DNA of 64,000 nt. It comes from Mobula hypostoma (Eukaryota). The first letter of the stretch is position 1. Every line of letters begins with the position of its first letter. The translations under genes and the position numbers were made by a program. Positions 1 through 14,149 of this stretch are shown one piece after another. The notes under the pieces are model-generated. The model was given only the letters and a program-made list of their open reading frames with translations, was not told where the DNA came from and ran no database searches. The DNA lies in NCBI RefSeq assembly GCF_963921235.1, contig NC_086108.1, positions 59,522,001-59,586,000 on the forward strand, read 5' to 3'.

Positions 1-1138
1 TCCTTGTGTAGCTGGATCCTCAATTCCTTGATTGCAGACCTCAGTCAGTTTGTATTGGCAGCATCATCTCCTCCACAATCACCATCAGCACAGTAAACCA
101 CAAGCTGTGAGCTTCGCCCTTGCTCTACATGCTCTATAGATATGACTGTGAGGCTAAGTACAGCTCCAAAGCCATAACTGAGTATGTTGATGACACCATG
201 TTTGTCGGCCAAAACAAAGGTCGTGATGAATCAACATATAGGAGTGAGATTGATAATCTGAGTGGTACCACAACAACAAACGTTTGCTCAATGTCGGCAA
301 AACCTACGAGCCAGTTATTGAGTATAGGAGGAGAAAATCGAGGGTCCATAAGCCAGTGCTCATTAGGGATCACAGGTGGAGAGAGTCATCAACTTTAAAT
401 TCCTGGGCGTTATCATATTGGAGGATTGGTCCTGGGACCAGCACGTAAATGCCATTTCGCAGAAGGCATGGCAGTGCCTTTACATTATTAAAAGTTTACT
501 CAAATTCAGAATGTCGTCTAAAACTTTGACGAACTTTTGTAGATACACAGTGGAGTTTATCCTGACTGGTTGTATTTCAGCTTGGTATGGAAATACTAGG
601 ACCAAAGAACAGGAAAGTTTACAAGAAGTGTAGGATTTAGCCCAGGTCATCACAGGAAAAGGACTTCTGACCATTGAGCATATCTACAGAGGGCTCTGCC
701 ACAAGAAGTTAACATCCATTATCAAGGACCCCCACCATCCAGACCATGCTCTCTTCTTGCTGCTACCTTTGGGAAGGACGTACAGCAGGCTTAGGTCCCA
801 CAACACTAGGTTCAGGAGAGCTATTACCCTTCAACCACCAGGTTCCTGATCTAGTGTGGACATCTTCACACACCACAACACTGATGGTTGAAACAACCTA
901 TGAACTCGCTTTCAATGACAGTACAAACCATGTTCTCAGGATTATTTATTACTATTATTTGCTTATTTTTGTTTTTGCACAGATTGTCTTCTTTTGCATA
1001 CTGGTTGCTTGTTAGCCCTTGCATGTAGCTTTCCATTGATTCTCTTGTACTCCATTGTTCTATTGTGAATGCCTGTAAGAAAATGAGTAAAATTTGGTTA
1101 CATATATGCACTTTGATAATAAATTCATGTTGAACTTT
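1..1138 (+). mobile_element. Rex1/Babar-type LINE, decayed 3' portion (RT C-terminal part plus 3' UTR)
   Basis: ORF fragments YVDDT.., FKFLGVIILEDWSWDQH..KAWQCLY, TLTNFCRYTVEFILTGCISAWYG match the better-preserved Rex1-type ORF at 20337-21734. Frameshifted, and ends with AATAAA plus a short tail. Confidence 0.85.
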
Positions 1139-1791
1139 GTGATAGAGGGACTTACTAGAGAAGGAGCAACACTGGACATTCTGGAAAATGAGATCGGGCA
1201 AGTGGCCAAAGTGTCTTTTAGCAAGCACTTTGGGTCCAGTAACCATAATTCTATTAGCTTTTAAATATTTACAGAGAGGGATATAACTTGATCTAGTTAT
1301 ATCTAGGATAAGGTACTGCACTGGGACAGAACAATATTTGGAGACATTAGACAGGATCTTGCAGTAATTGATTCAGCGAGATTGTTTGCAGGAAAAGGAG
1401 ACCTTTAGATGTGTAATGTAAAGAGTTCAGAGCCTGCATGCTCCTGTTAGGTTGAAGGGAAAGGCTGGCAGGTTTTGAGAACCCTGGCTGAAAGAGATAT
1501 GGAGGCCCTGGCTAAGAAAAGCAGGAAGGCGTACACTGCATATAACGCATTGGCAACAGTGAATCGCTTGACGATTATAGGAAATGTAGTTCTGTATTTA
1601 AGATAAATTTTACAATGGCAGAAAGAGAACATAGAACATAGAATAGTACAGCACAGTACAGGCCCTTCGGCCCACAATGTTGTGCCGACCCTCAAACCCT
1701 GCCTCCCATATAAGCCCCCACCTTAAATTCCTCCATACACCTGTCTTGTAGTCTCTTAAACTTCACTAGTGTATCTGCCTCCACCACTGAC

Positions 1792-4500
1792 TCAGGCAGG
1801 GTATTCCACGCACCCAACCACTCTCTGAGTAAAAAACCTTCCTCTAATATCCCCCTTGAACTTCCCACCCCTTACCTTAAAGCCATGTCCTCTTGTATTG
1901 AGCAGTGGTGCCCTGGGGAAGAGGTGCTGGCTATCCACTCTATCTATTCCTCTTATTATCTTGTACACCTCTATCATGTCTCCTCTCATCCTCCTTCTCT
2001 CCAAAGAGTAAAGCCCTAGCTCCCTTAATCTCTGATCATAATGCATACTTTCTAAACCAGGCAGCATCCTGGTAAATTTCCTCTGTACCTTTTCCAATGC
2101 TTCCACATCCTTCCTATAGTGAGGTGACCAGAACTGGACACAGCACTCCAAGTGTGGCCTAACCAGAGTTTTATAGAGCTGCATCATTACATCGCGACTC
2201 TTAAACTCTATCCCTTGACTTATGAAAGCTAACACCCCATAAGCTTTCTTAACTACCCTATCTACCTGTGAGGCAGCTTTCAGGGATCTGTGGACATGTA
2301 ACCCAGACCCCTCTGCTCCTCCACACTACCAAGTATCCTGCCATTTACTTTGTACTCTGCCTTGGAGTTTGTCCTTCCAAAGTGTACCACCTCACACTTC
2401 TCCGGGTTGAACTCCATCTGCCACTTCTCAGCCAACTTCTGCATCCTATCAATGTCTCTCTACAATCCTTGACAACCCTCTACAACACCACCAAGCTGTG
2501 TGTCGTCTGCAAACTTGCCAACCCACCCTTCTACCCCAACATCCAGGTCGTCAATAAAAATCACGAAAAGTAGAGGTCCCAGAACAGATCCTTGCGGGAC
2601 ACCACTAGTCACAATCCTCCAATCGGAATGTACTCCCTCTACCACCACCCTCTGCCTGCTGCAGGCAAGCCAATTCTGAATCCACCTGGCCAAACTTCCC
2701 TGGATTCCATGCCTTCTAACTTTCTGAATAAGCCTACCGTGTGGAACCTTGGCAAATGCCTTACTAAAATCCATATAGATCACATCCACTGCACTACCCT
2801 CATCTATATGCCTGGTCACCTCCTCAAAGAACTCTATCAGGCTTGTTAGACACGATCTGCCCTTCACAAAGCCAAGCTGACTGTCCCTGATCAGACCATG
2901 ATTCTCTAAATGCCTATAGATCCTATCTCTAAGAATCTTTTCCAACAGCTTTCCCACCACAGACGTTAGGCTAACTGGTCTATAATTACCCAGACTATCC
3001 CTACTACCTTTTTTGAACAAGGGGACAACATTCGCCTCCCTCCAATCCTCCGGTACCATTCCCATGGACAACGAGGACATAAAGATCCTAGCCAGAAATT
3101 CAGCAATCTCTTCTCTTGCCTCATGGAGCAGTCTGGGGAATATTCCGTCAGGCCCCGGGGACTTATCTGTCCTAATGTATTTTAACAACTCCAACACCTC
3201 CTCTCCCTTAGTATCAACATGCTCCAGAACATCAACCTCACTCATATTATCCTCACCATCATCAAGTTCCCTCTCATTGGTGAATACCGAAGAGAAGTAT
3301 TCATTGAGGACTTCGCTCACTTCCACAGCCTCCAGGCACATCTTCCCACCTTTATCTCTAATCAGTCCTACCTTCACTCCCGTCATCCTTTTTTTCTTCA
3401 CATAATTGAAGAATGCCTTGGGGTTTTCCTTTACCTTACTAACCAAGGCCTTCTCATGCCCCCTTCTTGCTCTTCTCAGCCCCTTCTTTAGCTCCTTTCT
3501 TGCTTCCCTATATTCCTCAATAGACCCATCTGATCCTTGCTCCTAAACCTCATGTATGCTGCCTTCTTCCACCTGACTAGATCTTCCACCTCACTTGTCA
3601 CCCATGGATCCTTCACCCTACCATTCATTATCTTCCTCACCGGGACAAATTTATCCCTAGCATCCTGCAAGAGATCGCTAAACATCGACCACATGTCCAT
3701 AGTACATTTCCCTGCAAAAACATCATCCCAGTTCACACCCGCAAGTTCTAGCCTTATAGCCTCATAATTTGCCTCTCCCCAATTAAAAATTTTCTTGTCA
3801 TCTCTGATTCTATCCTTTTCCATGATAATGCTAAAGGCCAGGGAGCGGAGGTCACTGTCCCCCAGATGCTCACCCACTGAGAGATCTGTGACCTGACCCA
3901 GTTCATTACCTAGTAAAAGATCTAGTATGGCATTCCCCCTGGTCAGCCTGTCCACATACTGTGACTGGAATCCGTCCTGGACACACTTAAGAAACTCTGC
4001 CCCATCTAAACCCTTGGAACTAATCAGGTGCCAATCAATATTAGGGAAGTTAAAGTCACCCATGATAACAACCCTGTTATTTTTGCACCTTTCCAAAACC
4101 TGCCTCCCAATCTGCTCCTCCGTATCTCTGCTGCTACCAGGGGACCTATAGAATACCCCCAGTAGAGTAACTGCTCCCTTCCTGTTCCTGACTTCCACCC
4201 ATATTGACTCAAAAGAGGATCCTGCTACATTACCCACCCTTTCTATAGCTGTAATAGTATCCCTGACCAGTAATGCCACCCCTCCTCCCCTTTTTCCACC
4301 CTCTCTATCCCTTTTAAAGCACTGAAATCCAGCAATATTGAGAATCCATTCCTGCCCTGGTGCCAGCCTAGTCTCTGTAATGGCCAGTACATCATAATTC
4401 CATGTATGTATCCAAGCTCTCAGCTCATCACCTTTGTTCCTGATGCTTTTGCATTGAGGTACACACGTTTCAGCCCTTCTACCTTACTGTCTTTACCCCG
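1792..4500 (-). pseudogene. CR1 ORF2 (APE endonuclease plus reverse transcriptase), frameshifted
   Basis: ORF track 3488-4279 (MGDFNFPNIDW, HLGDSD), 2460-3446 ([34 protein letters not shown]) and 1792-2235 (YKTLVRPHLE), in different frames. Confidence 0.93.
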
Positions 4501-4772
4501 TTTATTCTGCTTCTCTCTCCTCAAAGCCTCTCTGTTTGTTAGATCTGGCTTTACTCCATGCACTTCTTTCACTGCTCTATCGCTCTGAGTCCCATCCCCC
4601 TCGCAAATTAGTTTAAACCCTCTCGAACCATGCTAGCAAACCTACCTGCAAGGATATTGCTCCCCCTCGAGTTCAGGTGCAACCCATCCAATCTGTACAG
4701 GTCCCACCTTCCCCAGAAGAGATCCCAATGATCTAAAAATCTAAAACCCTGCTCCCTGCACCAACTCCTCAG

Positions 4773-5255
4773 TCACGCATTCAACTGCCATCTCCTCCAA
4801 TTCTTATCATCACTGTCACGCAGCACTGGCAGCAATCCTGAGAACGCCGCCCTTGAGGTCCCGTTCTTCAGCCTTCTGCCTAGTTCCCGAAACTCACACT
4901 TCAGGACCTCATCCCTCTTCCTGCCTATGTCATTGGTCCCAACATGTATCACGACTTCTGGTTGCTTTCCCTCTCGTACCAGGATGTCGTGCACCCGGTC
5001 AGAGACATCCCGGACCCTGGCACCCGGGAGGCAACAAACGATGCGGGTGTCCTTCTCACGTCCAAAAAATCTCCTGTCTGCTCCCCTGACTATAGAGTCT
5101 CCAATGATGACAGCTTTCCTCTTCTCCATCCCACCCTTCTGCACCACAGAGTCAGACTCAGTGCCGGAGGCCCTGCCACCGTGGCTCACACCTGGTTGGT
5201 TGTCCCTGCCAACAGTATCCAGGATGGTAAACTTATTATTCAGGGGAATGGCTAC
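4773..5255 (-). pseudogene. CR1 ORF1 SGNH/GDSL esterase-like domain fragment
   Basis: IIGDSIVRG ... CLPGA ... VIHVGTND motifs are typical of the esterase-type ORF1 of CR1-clade LINEs. Confidence 0.88.
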
Positions 5256-7529
5256 AGAATATGAGAAAGATCTGGCAGACAAGGTGAGGAAAATCCAAAG
5301 GGATTCTATGTGTATTGAGGATTAAAAGGGTGGCTAGGGAGAGATTAGGTCCCCTCAAAGATTAGCATGGGCGTCTGTGAATGGAACCAAAGAAAATGGG
5401 AAAGATTTTTAAGGAATATTTATGGCAGAGAAAATGATGGAAGGTATGAAAATGGGAGAAATGACTGGTGCTGTCTTGAACCACACACAAATTAGCAGAA
5501 AAGAGGTATTGGAGGTCTTAAGGTGAATAAATTCCCAGAGCCTGACCTAGTACTTACCTGGACCTTGTGGGAAGCTGGAGAAAAAACTGAGAAGGTATTT
5601 GCAAAGAGTTTTATTTCATCTTTTGCCACAGGTGAGGTTCTAGAAGACTGAAGAGTGGCTAAGGTGATACTATTATTTTAGGAGGATAGCAAAAACAAGC
5701 CAGGAAACTACAGGTGAGTGAGTTGGATATTGGTGGTGGGTAAATTGCTAGAGGGGCTCCTGAGTGATAGGATCTTCCATTTGGAGAGACAGAATCTGAT
5801 TTTGTGCATGGGAAATCACATCTCACAAATCTCTTGCGGTTCTTCAAGGAGATAACCAAGCAGGTTGATCAGGATAGAGTAGTGGATGTTGTCCATCTGG
5901 ATTTTAGTGAAGTCTTTGACAACGTCCATTGCGGTAGGCTAACTACCATCATAGGCTAGGCAGGAAGGTGAGATTGCATGTGATTGGGGGGAGATTGTGG
6001 ATTGGTTTCATAATCGGCTGCATGGTTGGAAGCAGAGGGTGATGATCAAAGGTTCTTTCTTGGACTGGAGGCCTGTGACTACTGGTGTTCCACAGTGGTT
6101 GATGCTGAGACTTTGTTTGCAACTTAGTAAATGGTTGGGTGGAACAGAGTGAATGTCAAAGGCATGAGTGGTAAGTTTGCAGATGATACTAAAATAGGGA
6201 ATGTTGTAAATAATGTTGAAGGTTATTAAAAACAGCAGGTATTGATCAACTTTGTATTTGGCTGAGGATTGACAAATGCCTTTCAATCTAGATAAATGTG
6301 AGATATTGCATTCTGGGAGATCAACCTGGGGTAGAACTTAGACCGTGAATGATAGGGAGTACCATGGAACAGAACTGAGAATACATAGTTTGCTGAAAGT
6401 GACATTGCAGGTTGATAGGGTGGTGAAGAAGTCATTTGGCATGCTGGCCTTCGTCAGTCATGGTAGTGATTATAAGGGGTAGGAAGTTATATTGCAGTTA
6501 TATAAGACATTGGTGAGGCCACATTTGAAGTATTATGTACAACTAGAAAAAGTACAGAAAAGCCAATGTTGTCTGGAATTGGGGGTCTAACTTACAAGGC
6601 GAGGTTGCATATTTCCTGGAATGTAGGAGAGTGAAGAGAGACCTGATAGGGTATATAAGACCTTCAGGGGTACAGACAGTCTTCTTGCCAAGGAGGGGCT
6701 GCTAAAAATAAGAGGACAATGGTTTAAGAGGCAAGGGATTTAAAAAAGACTGCAGGGGCAACTTCTTCACACAAAGGGTGGTATGAGTAATGTCAAAGGG
6801 AAAACAAATAGGAGTCAGATAAATTGACATTTTGGTTGGTAATTAATTCCTCCATTAAAGAGTTAGGTGTTAACTAGTGGCTTCAAGAAGGGGTGAGTAG
6901 TTGAGAGCCAAAGAGATTTGGAGATGTAGGGCCAAAATTAAAATGTGGCAGAACATCAAAATCATTATTAAAATCAGATTTTTCTAGGATATTCAGCAGA
7001 TCAGCTAACATCTCTTGAAAGAGCAAAAGAGTCAACATTTCCATTTGATAACCTTTCATTAGACTTCAAGGCCTGGACAGTTAAATGCACAGCTACCACT
7101 TTCACTTGCATGTTAGGAGTCACATTGCTAATGAACAAGAATTCCAATCTGCTTTTCGTAATTCTTTGCTATGTTATAAATATGGCTCAGTTCTATATTA
7201 TGTAACATCCCTTCCAGCACTTAATACTTTCTGCCTGTCCTGTACTTTTATGTGCCAGTGAACAGTGAATGCGTCATGATTATTCTGGCAGTACTTTCTA
7301 ATAATGGAATGTGGAATGCAGTTATTATATTTAACAATTTTGTTCCCAAGTCTAACCAAGATCACAAAACACATGTTGTTGAAACTAGAACAACACATGA
7401 AATTACAGTCTGTCTATGGCTATCAATTATGGAACTGGGAGTGGAGGACAATTTTGAGATAGTATATACTTTCGATGGCTTTACAATCTTTACAGTGGTA
7501 GAGAGACATCATGAAAATATTGCCTAATA

Positions 7530-8095
7530 TACACTGTGAGGCTACGTTATTGGGTAACCCTGTGCACCTGCTCATTAATGCAAATATCTAATTAGCTAAT
7601 CATGTGGCAGCAACTTAATGCATAAAAACATGCAGAAATGTTCAAGAGGTTCAGTTATGTTCAGACCAAACATCAGAATGGAGAAGAAATATGATTGAAG
7701 TGACTTTGACCATAGAATGATTGTTGATCCGAGATGGGTGGTTTGACTTTCTCAGAAACTGTTGATCTCCTGGGATTTTCACGCATAACAGTATCGCAAG
7801 AGTTTATAGAAAGAAGTGCAAACAACAAAAAATATCCAGTGAGCTGCAGTTCTGTGGGTCAAAATGCTAATGAGAGGTCAAAGGATAATGGCCAGACTTG
7901 TTCAAGCCTACAGGAAGGCAATAGTAACTCAAATAACCACACAATACATCAATGGTGGGCAGAAGATCATTGTTGAATGCACAACATGTTAAACCTTGAA
8001 GTCGATAGGCTGCAGCAGCAGGAGACCATGAATGTACAATCAGCGGCCAATTTATTAGGTATAGGAGGTATCTAATAAAATGGTCAGTGAGTGTA
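7530..8095 (+). mobile_element. Non-autonomous Tc1/mariner element (internally deleted transposase)
   Basis: TA-bounded, about 27-bp imperfect TIRs (tacactgtgaggctacgttattgggta / tatctaataaaatggtcagtgagtgta). Transposase N-terminal HTH remnant GGLTFSETVDLLGFSRITVS. Confidence 0.8.
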
Positions 8096-8134
8096 CACGA
8101 GGTAGAAGTAAATTCAAGTATCTTGTACTATATA

Positions 8135-9255
8135 TCATAGTCATAGAACACTACAACAGAGAAACAGGCCCTTCACCCATCTAGTTTATGCCGACCCATT
8201 AATCTGCCTAGTCTGAATGACCTGCACCCTGACTATAGCCTTCCATCCATGTACTTATCCAAATTTCTCTTAAATAGTGAAATTGAATCTGCATCCACCA
8301 CTTGTGCTCAGAGCTCATTCCACACCCACACCACCCTCTGAGTGAAGCAATTCCTCTTCAAGTTCTGCTTAAACATTTCACCTTTCACCCTTAATCCATG
8401 ACCTCTACTTGCAGTCTCACTCCACCTCAGTGGAAAAGCCTGCTTGCATTTCCCCTATCTATATCCCTCAGAACTTGGTGGACCTCTATTAATTCTCCCC
8501 CAAGAGTTCTAAGTTCTACGGAATAAAGTCTTAACCTGTTCAATCTTTTCCTTTAACTCAGGTCCTCAAGTCCTGGCAACATTCTTGTAAATTGTGGCTG
8601 CACTCTTTCACCCTTATTTACATCCTTCCTGTAGGGAGATGACCACATCTGCACACAGTACTCCAAATTAGGCTTCACTAACGTCTTATACAATTTTAAC
8701 AGAACATCCCAACTTCTGTACTCAATACTTTGATCTATGAAGGCCAATGTGCCGAAAGATTTCTTTACGATCCTATCCACCCATGATACCACTTTCAAGG
8801 AATTGTGACTGTGTATTCCCAGATTCCTCTGTTCTACTGCATTCCTCAGTGTCCTACTGCTCACTGTGTAAGACCTACCCTGGATGGTTCTCCCAAAGTG
8901 CAACATTTCACACTTAACTGCATTAAATTCTGTTGGTCATTTTTCCAGCTAGTCCAGATCCCACTGCAAGCTTCGATAGTCTTCTTCACTATTCACTATA
9001 CCCCCAGTCTTGGTGTCACCCGCAAATTTACTTCTCCAGTTTACCACATTTGTCATCCAGATGGTTGATATAAATGGTAAACAACGATGGACCTGGCAGC
9101 AATCCTTGTAGCACATCACTAATCATTGGCCTCCAGTTAGAGAGGCAACCATTTACTACCACTCTCTGGCTTCTCCTGCGAAGGGAGGGGAGGGGCGAAG
9201 CCAATCTCTAATCCAATTTACTACCTCATCTTGAATGCCAAGTGACTGAGCCTTC
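8135..9255 (-). mobile_element. CR1 LINE 3' fragment
   Basis: ORF 8553-8906 (LHFGR..YKTLVKPNLEYCVQ..RMLPGL) and a CR1-type 3' tail at about 8135-8170. Confidence 0.9.
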
Positions 9256-10348
9256 ACGTTTATGAGTTATCAATCAGCATGAAAATACATTATTCTATAC
9301 ACTATGTTAGTTACGCCCTATAGATTAGATGATATCATTTTTCCGATAGTAATTGATGAGGCACTCCAATCTTCCCTGCTATGTGGCCCAGGAATTCTAT
9401 TCCCTGCTGGATCTGTCAACTCCTAACCAAGAGCAGGCAGTTAGAAAATTATTTGTTATCAACTTGACTGATTTTGAGCACTTTAACTAAATTAAGTTGT
9501 TTTCAGAAAAGATTCTGTGTTATATCTGCTGTGATAACAGCATTGTGTACCGACTAAGAGGATCAAATACTGCTCTTGAAATAACAGGGCTCATTCTCAA
9601 TGTGGGGTAATGCAGCCTAGCTGTCAGGGCACTGATTTAGCAACCTGAGGTCATGAGTTCACATTCTATTACAGCAAATATGTGAAACTTAACATTTTAA
9701 ATCTGGTAAGTTGTGGGCTGACAACGATTATGTGACAATGATAGCAAATAGACAGCTATAAAACACAATTGGTTTAAATAATGTCCTCAGGGGTTCCTAT
9801 GATTTGTCACCCATGATGCTAGAACAAATAAAGAAATATAAAGGCACAATGATTCAGATAATAGCACAGTGTGATGAATCTGCTATCTCCATGACAGCTC
9901 CCACAATGCACACAATGCCCTAGAGAGAACGGGGTCTGGGTGGTTTCAGCAGCAACACAGTGCCAGAATGCACTAAATACAAGGTAAGTTTTTAAGTGTT
10001 TGAGGTTCAGGTGAAATTTATAGTTCTTCTTCATATAGGAACAAGAAACTGTCAGAGATAGTTAGGACAGGAGATGGAGGCAGGAGAAGCAGTCATATCT
10101 CTGTTAATTTTAATTGGATTGATAATATTTATTTGTTCATGGAAGATTATAAATGGTATCTTTCTTTCAATGGCTTCCAGCTGCCTTGTTCCAAATCCAG
10201 CACTCCTGTACATCACCTTGGTTCTAAAGCTGAGCATGATTTGACTTCCTAACTTCACCGCCATTTCCTCCAATCCCAATCCATGGGAAACTTGGAGACG
10301 GAGTTAACTGCAAAATTGGTCCTGTTACCTTTCTTCTTGGGAGCTGAA

Positions 10349-10679
10349 ACTCTTCGCTCCGGGAGAAAGCTCAGGAGCTTGAAGACTCATATGGCTAGAT
10401 TTGGGAACAACTTCTTTCCAACTGTGGTAAGACTGCTGAACGGATCCTGACCCGGATCTGGGCCGTACCCTCCAAATATCTGGACCTGCCTCTTGGTTTT
10501 TTTGCACTACCTTACTTTCCCTTTTCTATTTTCTATTTATGATTTATAATTTAAATTTTTAATATTTACTGTTGATTTGTACTCCAGGGAGCGGGAAGCG
10601 CAGAATCAAATATCGCTGTGATGATTGTACGTTCTAGTATCAATTGTTTGGCGACAATAAAGTAAAGTGAAGTAAAGTA
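10349..10679 (+). mobile_element. Rex1-type LINE, extreme 3' end (same subfamily as 20107-22195)
   Basis: Near-identical to the reverse complement of about 20107-20435. Ends AATAAA plus a (taaag)-type tail. Confidence 0.9.
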
Positions 10680-12052
10680 GTTAATGTTTTTGAATTATAT
10701 TTTGAAGATGGTACATGCTAAGACGAATGTATAACAAGTCCTTGTTCTTTTCTCACTCAAAGACCAGCCACACACTTGGGAGGATACATTGAGAGGTGCT
10801 GGTTATTAGTCCCATGTAGTTACTGATAAATCCAACTTACACTATCTTTCTTGAATAGCGAGATAAGCACAAAAAAATTGCAACAGAGTTTTGAGGTGAG
10901 CACACCAGCAAAAATTACAGAATGTGTATAGATGTTTTTCCCTGAATAACTTGAAATAAAATAAAAATAGAAAGAAAAAATTGAAAACATACAAATGTAA
11001 AGGAAGGTAGAAATCTCACCATTTAGAAAATGTACACAATCATGAAATGCCAAAAATTAAATTTTTGTTCTGTCACATTGGCTGACTAGGGAAAATCTTT
11101 CTCTATGCTTATATAAATTAAAGTTTGATCTTGCAGTATCTGTTCCTGACATTGGATGTTTGAAATCAAGATATATCGCTTCCCAGCATTTTTTACATTA
11201 ATAAATGCAAAATTCTAGCTTGAAAAAGGGGAAGGTTTCCTTTTATAGAAGGGTGCCACCAAAATCATTAAAAAATACTTTTGAATTGCTGTGATTTGTT
11301 TTTCTGTAATAAGTAAAAATTTCACAGAATATTCCAAGCTCCTTTAATGAGAATCCTGTCCAATACACTGGTGACAATTTATGCAGAAATGTTTGCACAT
11401 CTAGATTGTACTGTATGTGGTACTGTACAGGTATAGTGCTGATGCACATCAGATGGTATGAAGAGTAGGTGATAAATAAATATTCAAAGCTAAATCAGCT
11501 GAAAAGTTTGTATCATTGTTATTAATATCTTTTGCGGTATAAAACAGTGCCATCTGGTGCCTGTACAAGCAAGCAAAATTAGAGTTTGATCATATGTTTG
11601 AATCTATGCAGATACTTAAATTAAGAGAATTTAGATTGGAGCAGATCTTACACAGTGTATTTTATGTACTTAAATACTATGGAGTCTGTGAGGCTGCTCA
11701 TTTTTTTCATTGCATTGCAGTATTGGAAAGGTGAACTAATGCTTGAAATTGTTAAACATAATACTGGTGAGGGCTGGATAGAACTCTGGTAAGTGCACTA
11801 GCAAAAGCTAAAAACTGGATGCAAGAGATTATACTGAATGGACTGACACTGGCATTGTATGGTCTAGTCTCTTGACTATTTATTGGCTGCATTTTCTTTC
11901 AATATAAGCAAACTAGTTGTAAGGCTTACAATGCAGTAAGTTGTTAAAACTGAGGATAGAGAGAAAGTAAAATAAATCAGTAGCTGCTGGTAAAATCTAA
12001 TAAAACTTAGGTTTAAAGCCTATATGTTCTCTGAAAAAGGGAATGATAAGTA

Positions 12053-13375
12053 ATTCAAAGTTCAAAATTCCAAGTAAATTGTATTATCAGAGTACAGATA
12101 TGCCACCACATAAATCCCTGAGATTTTTTTCTTACATACTCAGCAAATGTATTGAATAGCAACTACAACAGGATCAGTGAAAGACCAGGTAGAGCCTTTA
12201 GACTTCTGTATCTCTTTCCCAATGATAACAATGAGAAGAGGGCATGTCCTAGGTGGTGGGGATCCTTAATGATGGATGCTGCCTTTCTAAGGCACTGCTC
12301 CTTGAACAGGACTTGAATACTATGGAGGCTAGTACCCATGATGGAGCTGACTAATCTTACAAGCTTCTGCAACTTACTTCGATCCTGCACAGTAGGCACC
12401 CCCTGCCACCACAGCAGACAGTGATGCAGTCAGTCAGAATGCTCTCTACAGTACATTTGTAGAAATTTTTGAGTGTTTTAGTTGACAAACCACATCTCCT
12501 CAAACTCCTAATGAAATATAGCCTCTGTCTTGCCTTGTTTCTAACTGCATCAATATATTGTGTCCAGGTCAGGTCCTCAGAGAAATTGACACCCAGGAAC
12601 TTGAAGTTGCTCACTCTGTGAGGACTGGTTTGTGTTCCCTCTTCTGACCATTCTGAAGTCCACAATCAGCTCTTTGGTCTTGCTGACATTGAGTGCAAGG
12701 TTGTTGCTGTGACACCACTCAACCAACTGGTATATCTCGCTCCCGTATGCCTTTTCGTCACCAGCTGAAATTCTGCCAACAATGGTTGTATCATCAGCAA
12801 ATTTATAGATGCTGTTTGAGATATGTCTAGCTACACAGTCATGGGTGTAGAGAGAGCAGAGCAGTGAGCTAAGCACGCATCCCTGTGGTGTGCCAGTGTT
12901 GATTGTCAGCGAAATGGTGATGTTATTTCCAATCAGCACAGATTGTGATCAGCCAGTTAGGAAGTCAAGGATCCAGTTGCAGAGGGAGGTATAGAGGCTT
13001 AGGTTCTGTAGGTTTTAATCAGGACTGTTGCAGAAGGAGGTACAGAGGCCTAGGATCTGTAGCTTTCGATCAGGACTGTAGGAATGGTGGTGTTAAAAGC
13101 GAGCCTTAGTCTATAAACAGCATCCTGACATAAGTATTTGTCATGCCAAATCTCTGCAGACTCTGAGGGAAGAAGAGGTGCTGTTCTGCTTTCTTTGCAT
13201 TTACATTTATATGATGGGTTCAGGACAGGTCCTCTGAGATAACAACACCCAGGAATTTAAAGTTACTGACCCCCTCCACCTCCGATCCTCTGATGAGGAC
13301 TGGCTCATGGACCTCTGGTTTCCCCCTCCTTATGTATACAATCAGTTCCTTGTTCTTGTTGACACTGAGTGAGAA
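12053..13375 (-). mobile_element. Rex1-type LINE fragments
   Basis: ORFs 12577-12939 (GTPQGCVLS, YKFADDTT), 12357-12665 (KARQRLYF) and 12163-12399. A second partial piece lies at about 13140-13375. Confidence 0.88.
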
Positions 13376-14149
13376 AATAGTGGATTGCACAGGGTTCAGT
13401 ATTTGGGAGGTATTAAAGCAGCAAATGCTTCAAATCGTACTGATTTCATTGCAAAAATGTCTGCAAATTGGAACATTCGTTCTTTAGGAAAGATGTTCAA
13501 AAGAACCAAGACCAAAATAGAAACTTGACTGAGTGAAGCTATAAAAATGGGAATGGAGAGAGGTGAGAGGTTGTGGGTGAAGAAAAAAAATCTTCTTTCT
13601 GACAATGTTTCTGGCTCCTGATGTATGATGATGATAAATAAAATGATGACAGATTTCCAATTTGCTTGAGCATTGCAGACCCTTTCAGAGTATTATTAAT
13701 ATTTATACAGTTATTCCTTTGAACAGATCAGCATCAGAAAATAAATCTGAGCTGGCAAAGGGAAAACAAGGATAGCCTAGCAGCTGTGATGTTAAAAAAT
13801 GTTGGATGACATATATGATATTTAATATGTTTGAGACCATGCCAAAGATTGTTCAGCAAAAGGTAAAAGTGATCGTTGGGTGTGATTATGAAGAAGATAC
13901 CTAACAACCATATATGTGAATTTGAGTTGAAATAACCTTTGACTGAAATATGATGGCTATCAAGATAAAATAAAAATTCTAATAAAGATCTATCATACTA
14001 TTCTTTAAAGCTTTTTATTATTTTTCTTTGTGGAATAGAATGAATATCTGAAGGGAGTTGACATTTTGCTGACAAAAAAGCTTTCTCAGAACCCAAGAGG
14101 CAAATCTAGAAGTTAGTACCCAGTTATAAAAGGGCTCACTATTTTTGCA

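Larger units (their letters stand above)
1626..5255 (-). mobile_element. CR1 (HER1-like) LINE, 5'-truncated within ORF1
   Basis: 3' tail (ttctatg)n at 1626-1643. ORF2 segments carry APE (GDFNFP), RT (KFADDT) and C-terminal motifs, followed upstream by an ORF1 esterase fragment. Confidence 0.95.
1140..6790 (+). mobile_element. Old, degraded CR1 LINE (ORF2 remnants) split by a younger antisense CR1 insertion
   Basis: Decayed CR1 ORF2 DNA motifs at 1140-1625 continue at 5260-6790 (..ggcagaaagag|aatatgagaaagatctggcagac.., aagtttgcagatgatactaaaatagg = KFADDTKI). Confidence 0.75.

Noticed and set aside
2268..5325. Several + strand ORFs of 60-130 aa
   Set aside because: They are antisense shadows of the minus-strand CR1 ORFs.
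9860..9989. Exon suggested by the strong donor AAG|GTAAGT
   Set aside because: Stops occur in the upstream frames and there is no convincing acceptor.
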